From positions 64,981-88,980 of the forward strand of contig NZ_AP017928.1 in the NCBI RefSeq assembly GCF_003584645.1: a DNA stretch of 24,000 nucleotides, written 5' to 3'. Source of the DNA: Methylocaldum marinum (GTDB lineage Bacteria; Pseudomonadota; Gammaproteobacteria; Methylococcales; Methylococcaceae). Shown here piece after piece: positions 16,573 through 23,459 of this stretch. The notes beneath the pieces were generated by a model. It worked only from the letters and a program-made list of their open reading frames with translations. It searched no databases and had not been told where the DNA came from. A program made the translations under genes and the position numbers. Every line of letters begins with the position of its first letter. Positions within the stretch are counted from its first letter, which is position 1.

Positions 16573-16595
16573 ACCTTGATGTTGGGGGAAGACTC

Positions 16596-17816
16596 ATGAA
16601 CCAGGAAAACTACGAAGTCATTCAGCCGGCTGATGGCCGGCACATCAAGCTGTGGACCCGAGGCGTGCCGGTCGAGGACGACGCCAAGACACAGGTGTGC
16701 AACCTCGCCCGGTTGCCGTTCATCTTCAGCCATCTGGCGGTGATGCCGGACGTCCATTTGGGAAAGGGCTCGACCATCGGCAGCGTGATCCCGACTCTGG
16801 GTGCCGTCATTCCGGCGGCGGTCGGGGTGGATATCGGCTGCGGGATGATCGCGGCGCGTACTTCGCTGAGCGCCGCCGACCTGCCGGACAACCTGGCGGG
16901 CTGGCGCGCCGCCATCGAGAAGGCCGTGCCGCACGGCAGGACGCCCGGTAACCGCGACCGCGGCGCCTGGAGCAACCCGCCGGCGGACGTCGACGCGGTG
17001 TGGGCGGAGCTGGAACCGGACTTCCGGCGCATCGTCGAAAAGCACCCGAAGCTGGCCAGGACCAACAACCGTAACCACCTGGGGACGCTCGGAACCGGCA
17101 ACCACTTCATCGAAGTCTGCCTGGACGAGGCCGATAAGGTCTGGCTCATGCTGCACTCGGGGTCGCGCGGGGTCGGCAACGCTATCGGCAGCTATTTCAT
17201 CGAGCTGGCGAAAGAAGACATGCGGCGCTATTTCATCAACCTGCCCGATGCGGACCTGGCCTATTTTCCGCAAGGCACGGAGCATTTCCGCGACTACGTG
17301 GAGGCGGTCGAATGGGCGCAGAGCTACGCCCGGCTGAACCGCGCGCTGATGATGAAGCACGTGGTCGAAGCCGTGCGCGGGGTAATGGCAAAGCCGTTCG
17401 AAGCGGAAGTCGAGGCGGTGAATTGCCACCATAATTACGTACAGCGCGAGCACCACTTCGGAAAGAACATCCTAGTGACCCGCAAGGGCGCGGTTTCGGC
17501 GCGGGACGGCGAACTCGGCATCATCCCGGGTTCCATGGGCGCGCGCTCCTACATCGTGCGCGGCAAGGGCGAGGAGCAATCCTTCTGCTCGTGCAGCCAC
17601 GGTGCCGGACGGATGATGTCGCGTTCCGAGGCGAAGCGGCGTTTCACCGTGGCCGATCAGGCCAGGGCCACCGAGGGCGTCGAGTGCCGCAAAGATGCCG
17701 AGGTGATCGACGAGATTCCCATGGCGTACAAGGATATCGACGCGGTGATGCGAGCCCAGGCGGATTTGGTGGAGATCGTGCACACCCTGAAGCAGGTGGT
17801 GTGCGTGAAAGGATAG
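16596..17816 (+). CDS. rtcB: RtcB RNA ligase (operon copy, paralogue 2)
   Basis: MPDVHLGKGSTIGSVIPT, GVDIGCGM, HSGSRGVG, GELGIIPGSMGA, FCSCSHGAGR and C-terminal HTLKQVVCVKG. ATG at 16596 follows GGGGGAAG. The track start at 16563 would lie inside Y module 5. Confidence 0.92.
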   Translation: MNQENYEVIQPADGRHIKLWTRGVPVEDDAKTQVCNLARLPFIFSHLAVMPDVHLGKGSTIGSVIPTLGAVIPAAVGVDIGCGMIAARTSLSAADLPDNLAGWRAAIEKAVPHGRTPGNRDRGAWSNPPADVDAVWAELEPDFRRIVEKHPKLARTNNRNHLGTLGTGNHFIEVCLDEADKVWLMLHSGSRGVGNAIGSYFIELAKEDMRRYFINLPDADLAYFPQGTEHFRDYVEAVEWAQSYARLNRALMMKHVVEAVRGVMAKPFEAEVEAVNCHHNYVQREHHFGKNILVTRKGAVSARDGELGIIPGSMGARSYIVRGKGEEQSFCSCSHGAGRMMSRSEAKRRFTVADQARATEGVECRKDAEVIDEIPMAYKDIDAVMRAQADLVEIVHTLKQVVCVKG

Positions 17817-17863
17817 GACCTAACCGAATCTCAAGCGGGACAGAAGTTATATCGGGAGAAATC

Positions 17864-18889
17864 ATGACCCAGTGGTTGGAATTGGACGGCTCGGAGGGCG
17901 AGGGCGGCGGACAGATTCTGCGAACGGCGTTGTCCTTGTCCATGTGCACCGGCACGCCCTTCCGCATCGTGAATATCCGCGCCAAGCGCAAAACGCCGGG
18001 GTTGATGCGTCAGCATCTCACCGCGGTGCAGGCTGCGGCGGAGATTTGCGGGGCGGAAGTCGACGGCGGCCGGGTGGGCTCCCAGGCCTTGAGTTTCGCC
18101 CCGGACAAAATCCGCGGCGGCGATTATCGCTTCGCCATCGGCACCGCGGGCAGTTGCACCCTGGTATTCCAGACCGTGTTGCCGGCCCTGTTGCTTGCAG
18201 ACGCATCCAGCCGCATCGAGTTCCACGGCGGCACCCACAATCCGATGTCGCCGCCGTTCCATTTCCTGGAACGCGCCTTTGTGCCGCTGCTGCGCCGGAT
18301 GGGGGCGGAGGTTTCGCTGGAGCTGAAGCGCTTCGGGTTTTACCCCGCCGGCGGCGGGAGCTGCACGGCCCGCATCGAACCGGTAGCGAAGCTCATGCCT
18401 CTGGTTCTCGAACAACGCGGCGCCCGTTTGCGCGCCTACGCGGAAAGCTTCATCGCCGCTCTGCCGGTCCATATCGCCCGGCGCGAACTGGATGTGATCC
18501 GCAGGCGACTGGGGTGGAGCGATGAGCAAGTCCTGCTGCGCGGTCTGGCGAACGATCAGGGACCGGGCAATGCCTTGCTGGTAACGTTCGAACACGACCA
18601 AGTTACGGAGGTCTTCAGCGGCTTCGGAGAAAAAGGCATCACCGCGGAAACCGTGGCCGAGAGAACCGCCGACCAAGTGCGCCGCTATCTGGCTTCGGGA
18701 GCCGCAGTGGGGTACTACTTGGCCGACCAGTTGCTCTTGCCGCTGGCCTTGGCCGGCGGCGGCTCGTTCACGGCGTCGGCATTAAGCCGGCATACGCTCA
18801 CCAACGCCGAAGTCATCCGGCGATTCCTCGGGATCGGGATTCGGATGGACAAAACCGGCGATGAAGCGTTTCGAATAGAGCTCGGATAG
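17864..18889 (+). CDS. rtcA: RtcA RNA 3'-terminal phosphate cyclase
   Basis: LDGSEGEGGGQILRTALSLSM, LMRQHLTAVQAAAEICGA, GGDYRFAIGTAGSCTLVFQTVLPAL and FYPAGGG closely parallel E. coli RtcA. The track N-terminal extension (from 17591) overlaps rtcB and is rejected. Confidence 0.92.
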   Translation: MTQWLELDGSEGEGGGQILRTALSLSMCTGTPFRIVNIRAKRKTPGLMRQHLTAVQAAAEICGAEVDGGRVGSQALSFAPDKIRGGDYRFAIGTAGSCTLVFQTVLPALLLADASSRIEFHGGTHNPMSPPFHFLERAFVPLLRRMGAEVSLELKRFGFYPAGGGSCTARIEPVAKLMPLVLEQRGARLRAYAESFIAALPVHIARRELDVIRRRLGWSDEQVLLRGLANDQGPGNALLVTFEHDQVTEVFSGFGEKGITAETVAERTADQVRRYLASGAAVGYYLADQLLLPLALAGGGSFTASALSRHTLTNAEVIRRFLGIGIRMDKTGDEAFRIELG

Positions 18890-19151
18890 TATCCCGGAAG
18901 GGAAAGACAAATGCCGGTGCCTGCCCCGGTTACCGAGTAAACAAGTTGCGTTTGCTATGCTTTTTCGGGTGTCTTTGAAGGGCCTTCAGAGGCCATTATT
19001 CCTCAGGATTACGGGGGGAGTTGTCAACAAACGGCGGGTCTAAGCCCCGCACCGAATCTAACAAAATCGGGAGATCCCCCGGCTCTGACGGGGGATACTT
19101 ACTTTTCGGTCAACCGGATCGCCTGCAAGCTGCGCTTGCGGGTTACCTCAA

Positions 19152-19457
19152 ATGTTGGATAGCGAGATGAACACAGACAGCGGAATTCCACCAGAGGCTT
19201 ATCTAGATCATGCATTTCGTCTTGGCCTTCAGTATTTGGCGTCCGGCCGATTTGCTGTTGCTGCCCGCTTAATCCCTGTCTCCGCGAACCTTTTGCACGC
19301 CATAGAGATGTTCCTTAAGGGCTGTCTCGCTCAGCACGCTGGTTTCGACAACCTACCTAAAGGTCGGAACGGCCATGATCTGGAAAAGCTTTGTCCACTC
19401 CTAAAGGCTTCGTCCAATAACGCGCTGCAGGACGACGCGCCAATGGCGCGCGCCTGA
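19152..19457 (+). CDS. HEPN-like domain protein, probably truncated or decayed
   Basis: The helical pattern LLHAIEMFLKGCLA ... GRNGHDLEKL resembles HEPN (A.E.aLKa...HdL..L). The ORF ends after ~100 aa in G+C-rich palindromic sequence. Confidence 0.35.
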   Translation: MLDSEMNTDSGIPPEAYLDHAFRLGLQYLASGRFAVAARLIPVSANLLHAIEMFLKGCLAQHAGFDNLPKGRNGHDLEKLCPLLKASSNNALQDDAPMARA

Positions 19458-19787
19458 GCCGAATGGTAGGACTAAAAGGAGAAATTGAATGAACCAAGTT
19501 TACGATAAAAGTCCATTAGCTGTAGCCGACGCCGGGAACCCTCGCGGTTCCTTCGAGTGCTCGGTAGCGGGCGCGGCTGAGCAAATCGTTGGAGGCGACG
19601 AGAGGTCTATCGGAGCGCCGGGTTTTCTCGGCGCGCGGTCAAGCGCGGTGTCCGCCGGATAAACCGTTGCTGGCTTCCGAAATCTTTGGTTCGGTGACGC
19701 GGGCGGATAGTGCGGTTCCCTGAAGTGTGTGCTGTTGCGGCCGCAGGGTAGACAAGCGGTTCGCCCGGTAGCCGCTTCGTCCGTCGC

Positions 19788-20105
19788 CTACGCCAACAGG
19801 GGGCGCAAGTAGTCATCTATGGGAAATAGGCCTGCGACTGCCCAGCACAGCACAAAGGAATGCAGCAGCGCCTTAGGAACGTGCCAAGCAGAGGGCGATG
19901 AAGCCGTCATAACAAATGATGGCAATACAATAAAAATGTAAAGAAGTGTGATGGCAAAGCTCACCACTGGAAAATGGTAGCTGAGTATAGCGCCAGCGAT
20001 GAGGAACAGTGGTGCTGGCGCGAGGAAGGCAATTAGTTGAGGCGTGTTATTATCCCAACGCAATAACCTTCCTGATTGTTCTTTCCACTTCAAGGGGACA
20101 GGCAT
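19788..20105 (-). CDS. Small membrane protein (about 3 predicted TM segments), unknown function
   Basis: Only long ORF in this A/T-richer stretch. It has hydrophobic segments and GGAG 8 nt upstream of the ATG. Confidence 0.4.
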   Translation of the reverse strand: MPVPLKWKEQSGRLLRWDNNTPQLIAFLAPAPLFLIAGAILSYHFPVVSFAITLLYIFIVLPSFVMTASSPSAWHVPKALLHSFVLCWAVAGLFPIDDYLRPLLA

Positions 20106-20361
20106 GTCTGAAGCTCCGCGGGACTATCTTGAGCAACTTATCAAAAATCCACCTACCGACAGCGAGTTGGACCGCCTGCTGAGCGGCGCCTTAAACGAGT
20201 CTGTCTTTGTGAAGTTCTCAAAAGATGCCTATAGCTTTCCGTTCACGTGGTGGATCGGCCTGTTGCAGGTATCAATGCTTGCCGGCGCCTGGGGAGCGCG
20301 TCATCAACGTGCAGCACAGATTCGTCAACAAGCCCTTGCACAGAGTCTATACCAATGGTGA
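20104..20361 (+). CDS. Hypothetical small protein with one C-terminal hydrophobic segment
   Basis: ATG at 20104 is preceded by AAGGGGA. It is coupled by a 7-nt overlap (ATGGTGA) to the next ORF. Confidence 0.45.
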   Translation: MSEAPRDYLEQLIKNPPTDSELDRLLSGALNESVFVKFSKDAYSFPFTWWIGLLQVSMLAGAWGARHQRAAQIRQQALAQSLYQW

Positions 20362-20819
20362 TAGACCCGAAGCGGAATGAGCGTACTGCCTATGTGGTTA
20401 GCTTTATAAGGAAGTACTTTAAGTCCTATCTCGTAGGCAGGGGCTTTGGGGGCGTCTTCACGGGGTACGCTCAGACCGGCGGGGCCAAGTTGCCTCTGAA
20501 GGTGGCGCTTCCCCAATCTGCAACGAACTTCACGATAGCTTCCTTTGGCGGCGGGGTGCTGGCAGTGGGGAAGGGCGCGCGCAGCGTAGAAGACATACTG
20601 TTCAGCACCATTACCGGCAAAGCAGCGTCACTGCCTGTAATGCCGCGCGTGACTCCGGTGCAGATCAACGCCCAAGATCCGGAACTTCAGGCCGTTATCG
20701 CCAACGCTCATGCGGTGAAAGAGATCAACAGCGTCAATCCTGTTGGCCCGATGTCGATCGAGGAGTTTTGTGGTCAGAGGCAGAACGCATCCCTTAGAGG
20801 CACTAGCGTTTGCCCGTGA
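20355..20819 (+). CDS. Hypothetical protein
   Basis: ATG at 20355 overlaps the upstream stop. The ORF is 154 codons in a lower-G+C region. No family recognised. Confidence 0.45.
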   Translation: MVIDPKRNERTAYVVSFIRKYFKSYLVGRGFGGVFTGYAQTGGAKLPLKVALPQSATNFTIASFGGGVLAVGKGARSVEDILFSTITGKAASLPVMPRVTPVQINAQDPELQAVIANAHAVKEINSVNPVGPMSIEEFCGQRQNASLRGTSVCP

Positions 20820-20931
20820 CTACTTCGTTCGGCGCCGATAGGTTCGGCGTGGGTGCTGCGGTCCTGAAAGCCGGTGTCACCCGCAGGCCTTCAACAACCC
20901 GCCGGAGCCCACGGCGTTAGGCAGCTTACCC

Positions 20932-21453
20932 ATGGAACATGCACGTACCGTAGAGCTACTCACAAAAATCTGCGTTGAAACGCCGGGGTTATCCGATGAG
21001 CAACTTGTTCAAGCGTTGGTCGCGCATGGGTGTGAGCCGGGCTTAGCGGTTGAAGCCGTCAGGTTTGTCCCCGTTGCCTTTGCTCGACAATTCCTAAATG
21101 GCATGGGTATTTCGTTCTCCGACACATACTGGAAGTTTTCACCCGACGGCACCATTCAAGAGCAAGGCTCCCTTTCAAACCATATTCTTTACTCTATGGC
21201 CTATGACTTGTCGCCCTCGCTGATGTCAAAGCCCGTTATTTCTAACGTTGCGTTTCGTTCCCCGGAAGCCAACGCAGTCAACAATGCACTTAACGGGGGC
21301 TCACAGCCTGCAAACTTGAAGCTGGCTCCGCTCGCGTTCTTTCTTGGCGAGCCGACGGAGTCTGGTTATGCAAAAGCACAGGAGCGTATCAAGGCATATC
21401 TCTCCGCAACGCCTTCCGCCTCGTCAACAAAGCCGTGGTGGAAGATCTGGTGA
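20932..21453 (+). CDS. Hypothetical protein
   Basis: ORF of 173 codons with protein-like composition, followed by a 14-bp perfect hairpin. No family recognised. Confidence 0.5.
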   Translation: MEHARTVELLTKICVETPGLSDEQLVQALVAHGCEPGLAVEAVRFVPVAFARQFLNGMGISFSDTYWKFSPDGTIQEQGSLSNHILYSMAYDLSPSLMSKPVISNVAFRSPEANAVNNALNGGSQPANLKLAPLAFFLGEPTESGYAKAQERIKAYLSATPSASSTKPWWKIW

Positions 21454-21478
21454 AATCACTGCGTAACCCGGCGCTCCA

Positions 21479-21509
21479 GGGAACCGAGAAGCTGTGCTTC
21501 TCGGTTCCC
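21479..21509 (+). terminator. Perfect 14-bp stem-loop downstream of ORF 20932-21453 (no U-tract)
   Basis: GGGAACCGAGAAGC-TGT-GCTTCTCGGTTCCC. Confidence 0.3.
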
Positions 21510-21540
21510 TGCGGCCTTCGGCCTCCGGTCGCCCCGGAGC

Positions 21541-22090
21541 ATGCACGGCCTGTGGAGCCCTGAAGCGTACCGAGAGGTCGGAGAGCGCAACTGGGAAGCA
21601 CATTTCGTTGAAGACGAGGCACTTGAAGTACACATCAAGCGCGGTGAGTTCGTTCCAATCTATGTTCATTCGAATGGCTCGCCGGTAATTTAGGCGAGTT
21701 GGCTCCGAGCAGTCTGCCGCTCACCTGACGGAGCAAGAGAAAGGCTGGCTCAAAAAGAAATCAGAACCATATCTCTTCGCTTCAAATGGCGTCGCGAACG
21801 TTAGCGGTATCGAATACATCGGCGGCGAGGTGAGCGGAACTGTGGCGGGAATACGCGTACCCGCTGGTCGCTGGCAAGCCGTTGTTCATCGACTGGATTG
21901 GCCTGAGCAGCTATACGACAAGACGACAAAATATCCACCTGACTTTGTCATCACACTGAACCCTGAAACAACGGCGATCTCATATCGTCAGTCAACGGAA
22001 ACATTTGCCTCGAACGGCTCCCGACAAGTGGACAGCTCGGACGGATATACAGCCATTGAGGCACACGTGGGGAAAACCCGAGGTTGCTCA
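21541..22090 (+). pseudogene. Frameshifted hypothetical gene whose 3' end is disrupted by the intron remnant
   Basis: Frame 1 reads MHGLWSPEAYREVGERNWEAHFVEDEALEVHIKRGEFVPIYVHSNGSPVI and stops at 21691-21693. Frame 2 opens at 21689 and continues with protein-like RVGSEQSAAHLTEQEKGWLKKKSEPYLFASNGVANVSGIEYIGGEVSGTVAGIRVPAGRWQAVVHRLDWPEQ... Confidence 0.4.
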
Positions 22091-22285
22091 AGAGGGCGTC
22101 AACCCCGCCCCAATCGAGTAACCGGGGGTTTCTCGCCCCCAGTCCCCACACCACCCGACATGCGGGTCCGCACCGGACGGTTCACGAGAAGGGAGCTCAC
22201 GATGAGGTCAGGCATAGCCATGAGCCTTCATCCACAGGTCGTGGATCGAAATCAGCCCCTGGCTTTTCAGCCAGTTGTTAGTCAT
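22090..22285 (-). mobile_element. Probable 3' remnant of a group II intron: last ~25 codons of the maturase plus a domain V/VI-like region
   Basis: Minus-strand ORF end MTNNWLKSQGLISIHDLWMKAHGYA* resembles the C-termini of bacterial intron-encoded RT/maturases (...N.WL..QGL.S...LW...HY). A 34-nt candidate domain V (GAACCGUCCGGUGCG-GACC-CGCAUGUCGGGUGGU) and the hairpin CUGGGGG-CGAGAAA-CCCCCGG follow. Boundaries are approximate. Confidence 0.4.
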
Positions 22286-22361
22286 CCCGGCTTGGGGCTT
22301 CGACAAGCTCAGCCCGAACGGAATCAATAGGGTATTTAAGCGCCGGATTAATAAGGCAGGA

Positions 22362-22393
22362 GTGGTGGTATTATGATGGCATAATACCACCAC
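22362..22393. promoter_or_regulatory. Perfect 14-bp inverted repeat, probably the operator of the RHH antitoxin
   Basis: GTGGTGGTATTATG-ATGG-CATAATACCACCAC, ending 9 nt upstream of the antitoxin ATG. It contains TATTAT/-10-like sequence. Confidence 0.6.
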
Positions 22394-22402
22394 GAGACAG
22401 CC

Positions 22403-22694
22403 ATGCCTGGCATCACTCTCAAGAACATCCCCGACACGTTATATCAGCGGTTAGTGGATATCGCTCGACAGCATCATCGAAGTCTTACGAAAGAAATTCT
22501 TTTCGCTCTCGAACGGCATGTTCAACAGCCATCCCACGACAAAACTGAACTGCTGCAGCGCATACGATTGCGAGTTTGTGTGGCTCGCCCGCTATCTGCG
22601 AATCCCATTGGTAACGGCAGACAAGAAAGTGGCGCATGCGTTTCCGGGACAGGCGGTAGCAATCGACCAGTTCCTAGGTACAACGGCCCCGTGA
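22403..22694 (+). pseudogene. Collapsed vapB/fitA-vapC/fitB toxin-antitoxin module: RHH antitoxin N-terminus joined out of frame to the C-terminal ~45 codons of a PIN toxin
   Basis: MPGITLKNIPDTLYQRLVDIARQHHRSLTKEILFALERHV is an Arc/RHH antitoxin N-terminus. A different frame (about 22548-22694) reads ...SAYDCEFVWLARYLRIPLVTADKKVAHAFPGQAVAIDQF, a typical PIN-toxin C-terminus. The N-terminal ~2/3 of the PIN domain is missing. Confidence 0.6.
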
Positions 22695-22835
22695 AGTATT
22701 GAAATGGGGTCACGGTGGATGCCACCCCAACAGGAGTGTTCGGGGGCATTGGGTCGAACGCAGAAACCAGCGGTGAGGACACCCGGACAACGTCTCCAGT
22801 GTGATGAAAAATCAGAATGTTAAACGTATTTAACT

Positions 22836-23459
22836 CATTGAGGTAAGCCCCCGGCTTTGCCGGGGGACTCACCGAGGTTTGACCTGTACAACGGTCATCG
22901 TGAACCTGAAATCTCGACCAAGAGAAGGAGGTTCACAATGAAAGAGTACCAGAAGAGTCTTTCCCACACCCGGTGGGATTGTAAGTATCATGTGGTGTTC
23001 ATCCCGAAGCGGCGGAAGAAAGAGATTTTTGGTGCGCTCAAGCGGCATCTTGGAGAGATATTTCATGAGCTTGCCGGGCACAAGGAATCGAAAATAGTAG
23101 AAGGTCACCTGATGGGCGACCACGTTCATATGTGTATCAGCATTCCGCCGAAGTATGCGATTTCGAACGTGGTGGGCTACATCAAGGGTAAGCGTGCGAT
23201 CCAAATCGCCCGGCAGTTTGGGGGGCGGCAGAGGAACTTCACCGGGGAGAATTTCTGGGCGAGGGGATATTTTGTGTCCACGGTGGGTTTGGATGAGGCT
23301 ATGGTTCGGGCGTATATCCGCCATCAGGAACAGGAGGATGAGCGTATTGACCAGATGAAGCTGGGCCTGTAAACAGCCGCCTTGGGCGGCTCATGATTTT
23401 ACGGCGCCTTCGAGGCGCTCACCCAATAAGCCCCCGGCTTTGCCGGGGGTGATTTAACT
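22836..23459 (+). mobile_element. IS200-type (IS200/IS605 family) insertion sequence. Boundaries are approximate.
   Basis: A single Y1 transposase gene is flanked by identical 23-bp hairpin-forming repeats TAAGCCCCCGGCTTTGCCGGGGG (22844-22866 and 23427-23449). The 8-mer ATTTAACT occurs at 22828-22835 and 23452-23459. Confidence 0.75.
22938..23372 (+). CDS. tnpA: IS200/IS605-family Y1 (HUH) transposase TnpA
   Basis: WDCKYHVVFIPKRRKK, HUH motif GDHVHMCISIPPKY and catalytic-Tyr region FWARGYFVSTVG. RBS GAAGGAGG precedes the ATG at 22938. The hairpin AGCCGCC-TTG-GGCGGCT follows the stop. Confidence 0.9.
   Translation: MKEYQKSLSHTRWDCKYHVVFIPKRRKKEIFGALKRHLGEIFHELAGHKESKIVEGHLMGDHVHMCISIPPKYAISNVVGYIKGKRAIQIARQFGGRQRNFTGENFWARGYFVSTVGLDEAMVRAYIRHQEQEDERIDQMKLGL

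Noticed and set aside
16053-16599. Track ORFs 16053-16253 (66 aa) and 16303-16599 (98 aa) between rsr and rtcB
   Set aside because: They run straight through the structured Y-RNA-like modules (T-arms, D-arms, closing stems), have no RBS, and their sequences are not protein-like. The RNA explanation accounts for the conservation pattern.
17591-17863. Long N-terminal extensions suggested by the track for rtcA (17591), rtcB-1 (8486), the transglutaminase-like gene (11037), the hypothetical gene (7171), the HD protein (1933) and the MBL-like gene (5805)
   Set aside because: The extensions overlap upstream genes or regulatory hairpins, are low-complexity, and exceed the N-termini expected from known family members. 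Internal starts with RBSs fit better.
19489-19662. 57-codon ORF (MNQVYDKSPLAVADAGNPRGSFE...) with a strong AAAGGAG RBS
   Set aside because: The SD spacing is good, but the product is Gly/Ala/Ser-rich with no recognisable features, and it lies in decayed island sequence. The evidence is insufficient to call a gene.
22091-22330. The 3' third of track ORF 21830-22330 as genuine coding sequence
   Set aside because: This part (GFSPPVPTPPDMRVRTGRFTRR...GLGLRQAQPERNQ) overlaps the intron-remnant RNA domains and a repeat-like sequence, so it is most likely read-through into foreign DNA.
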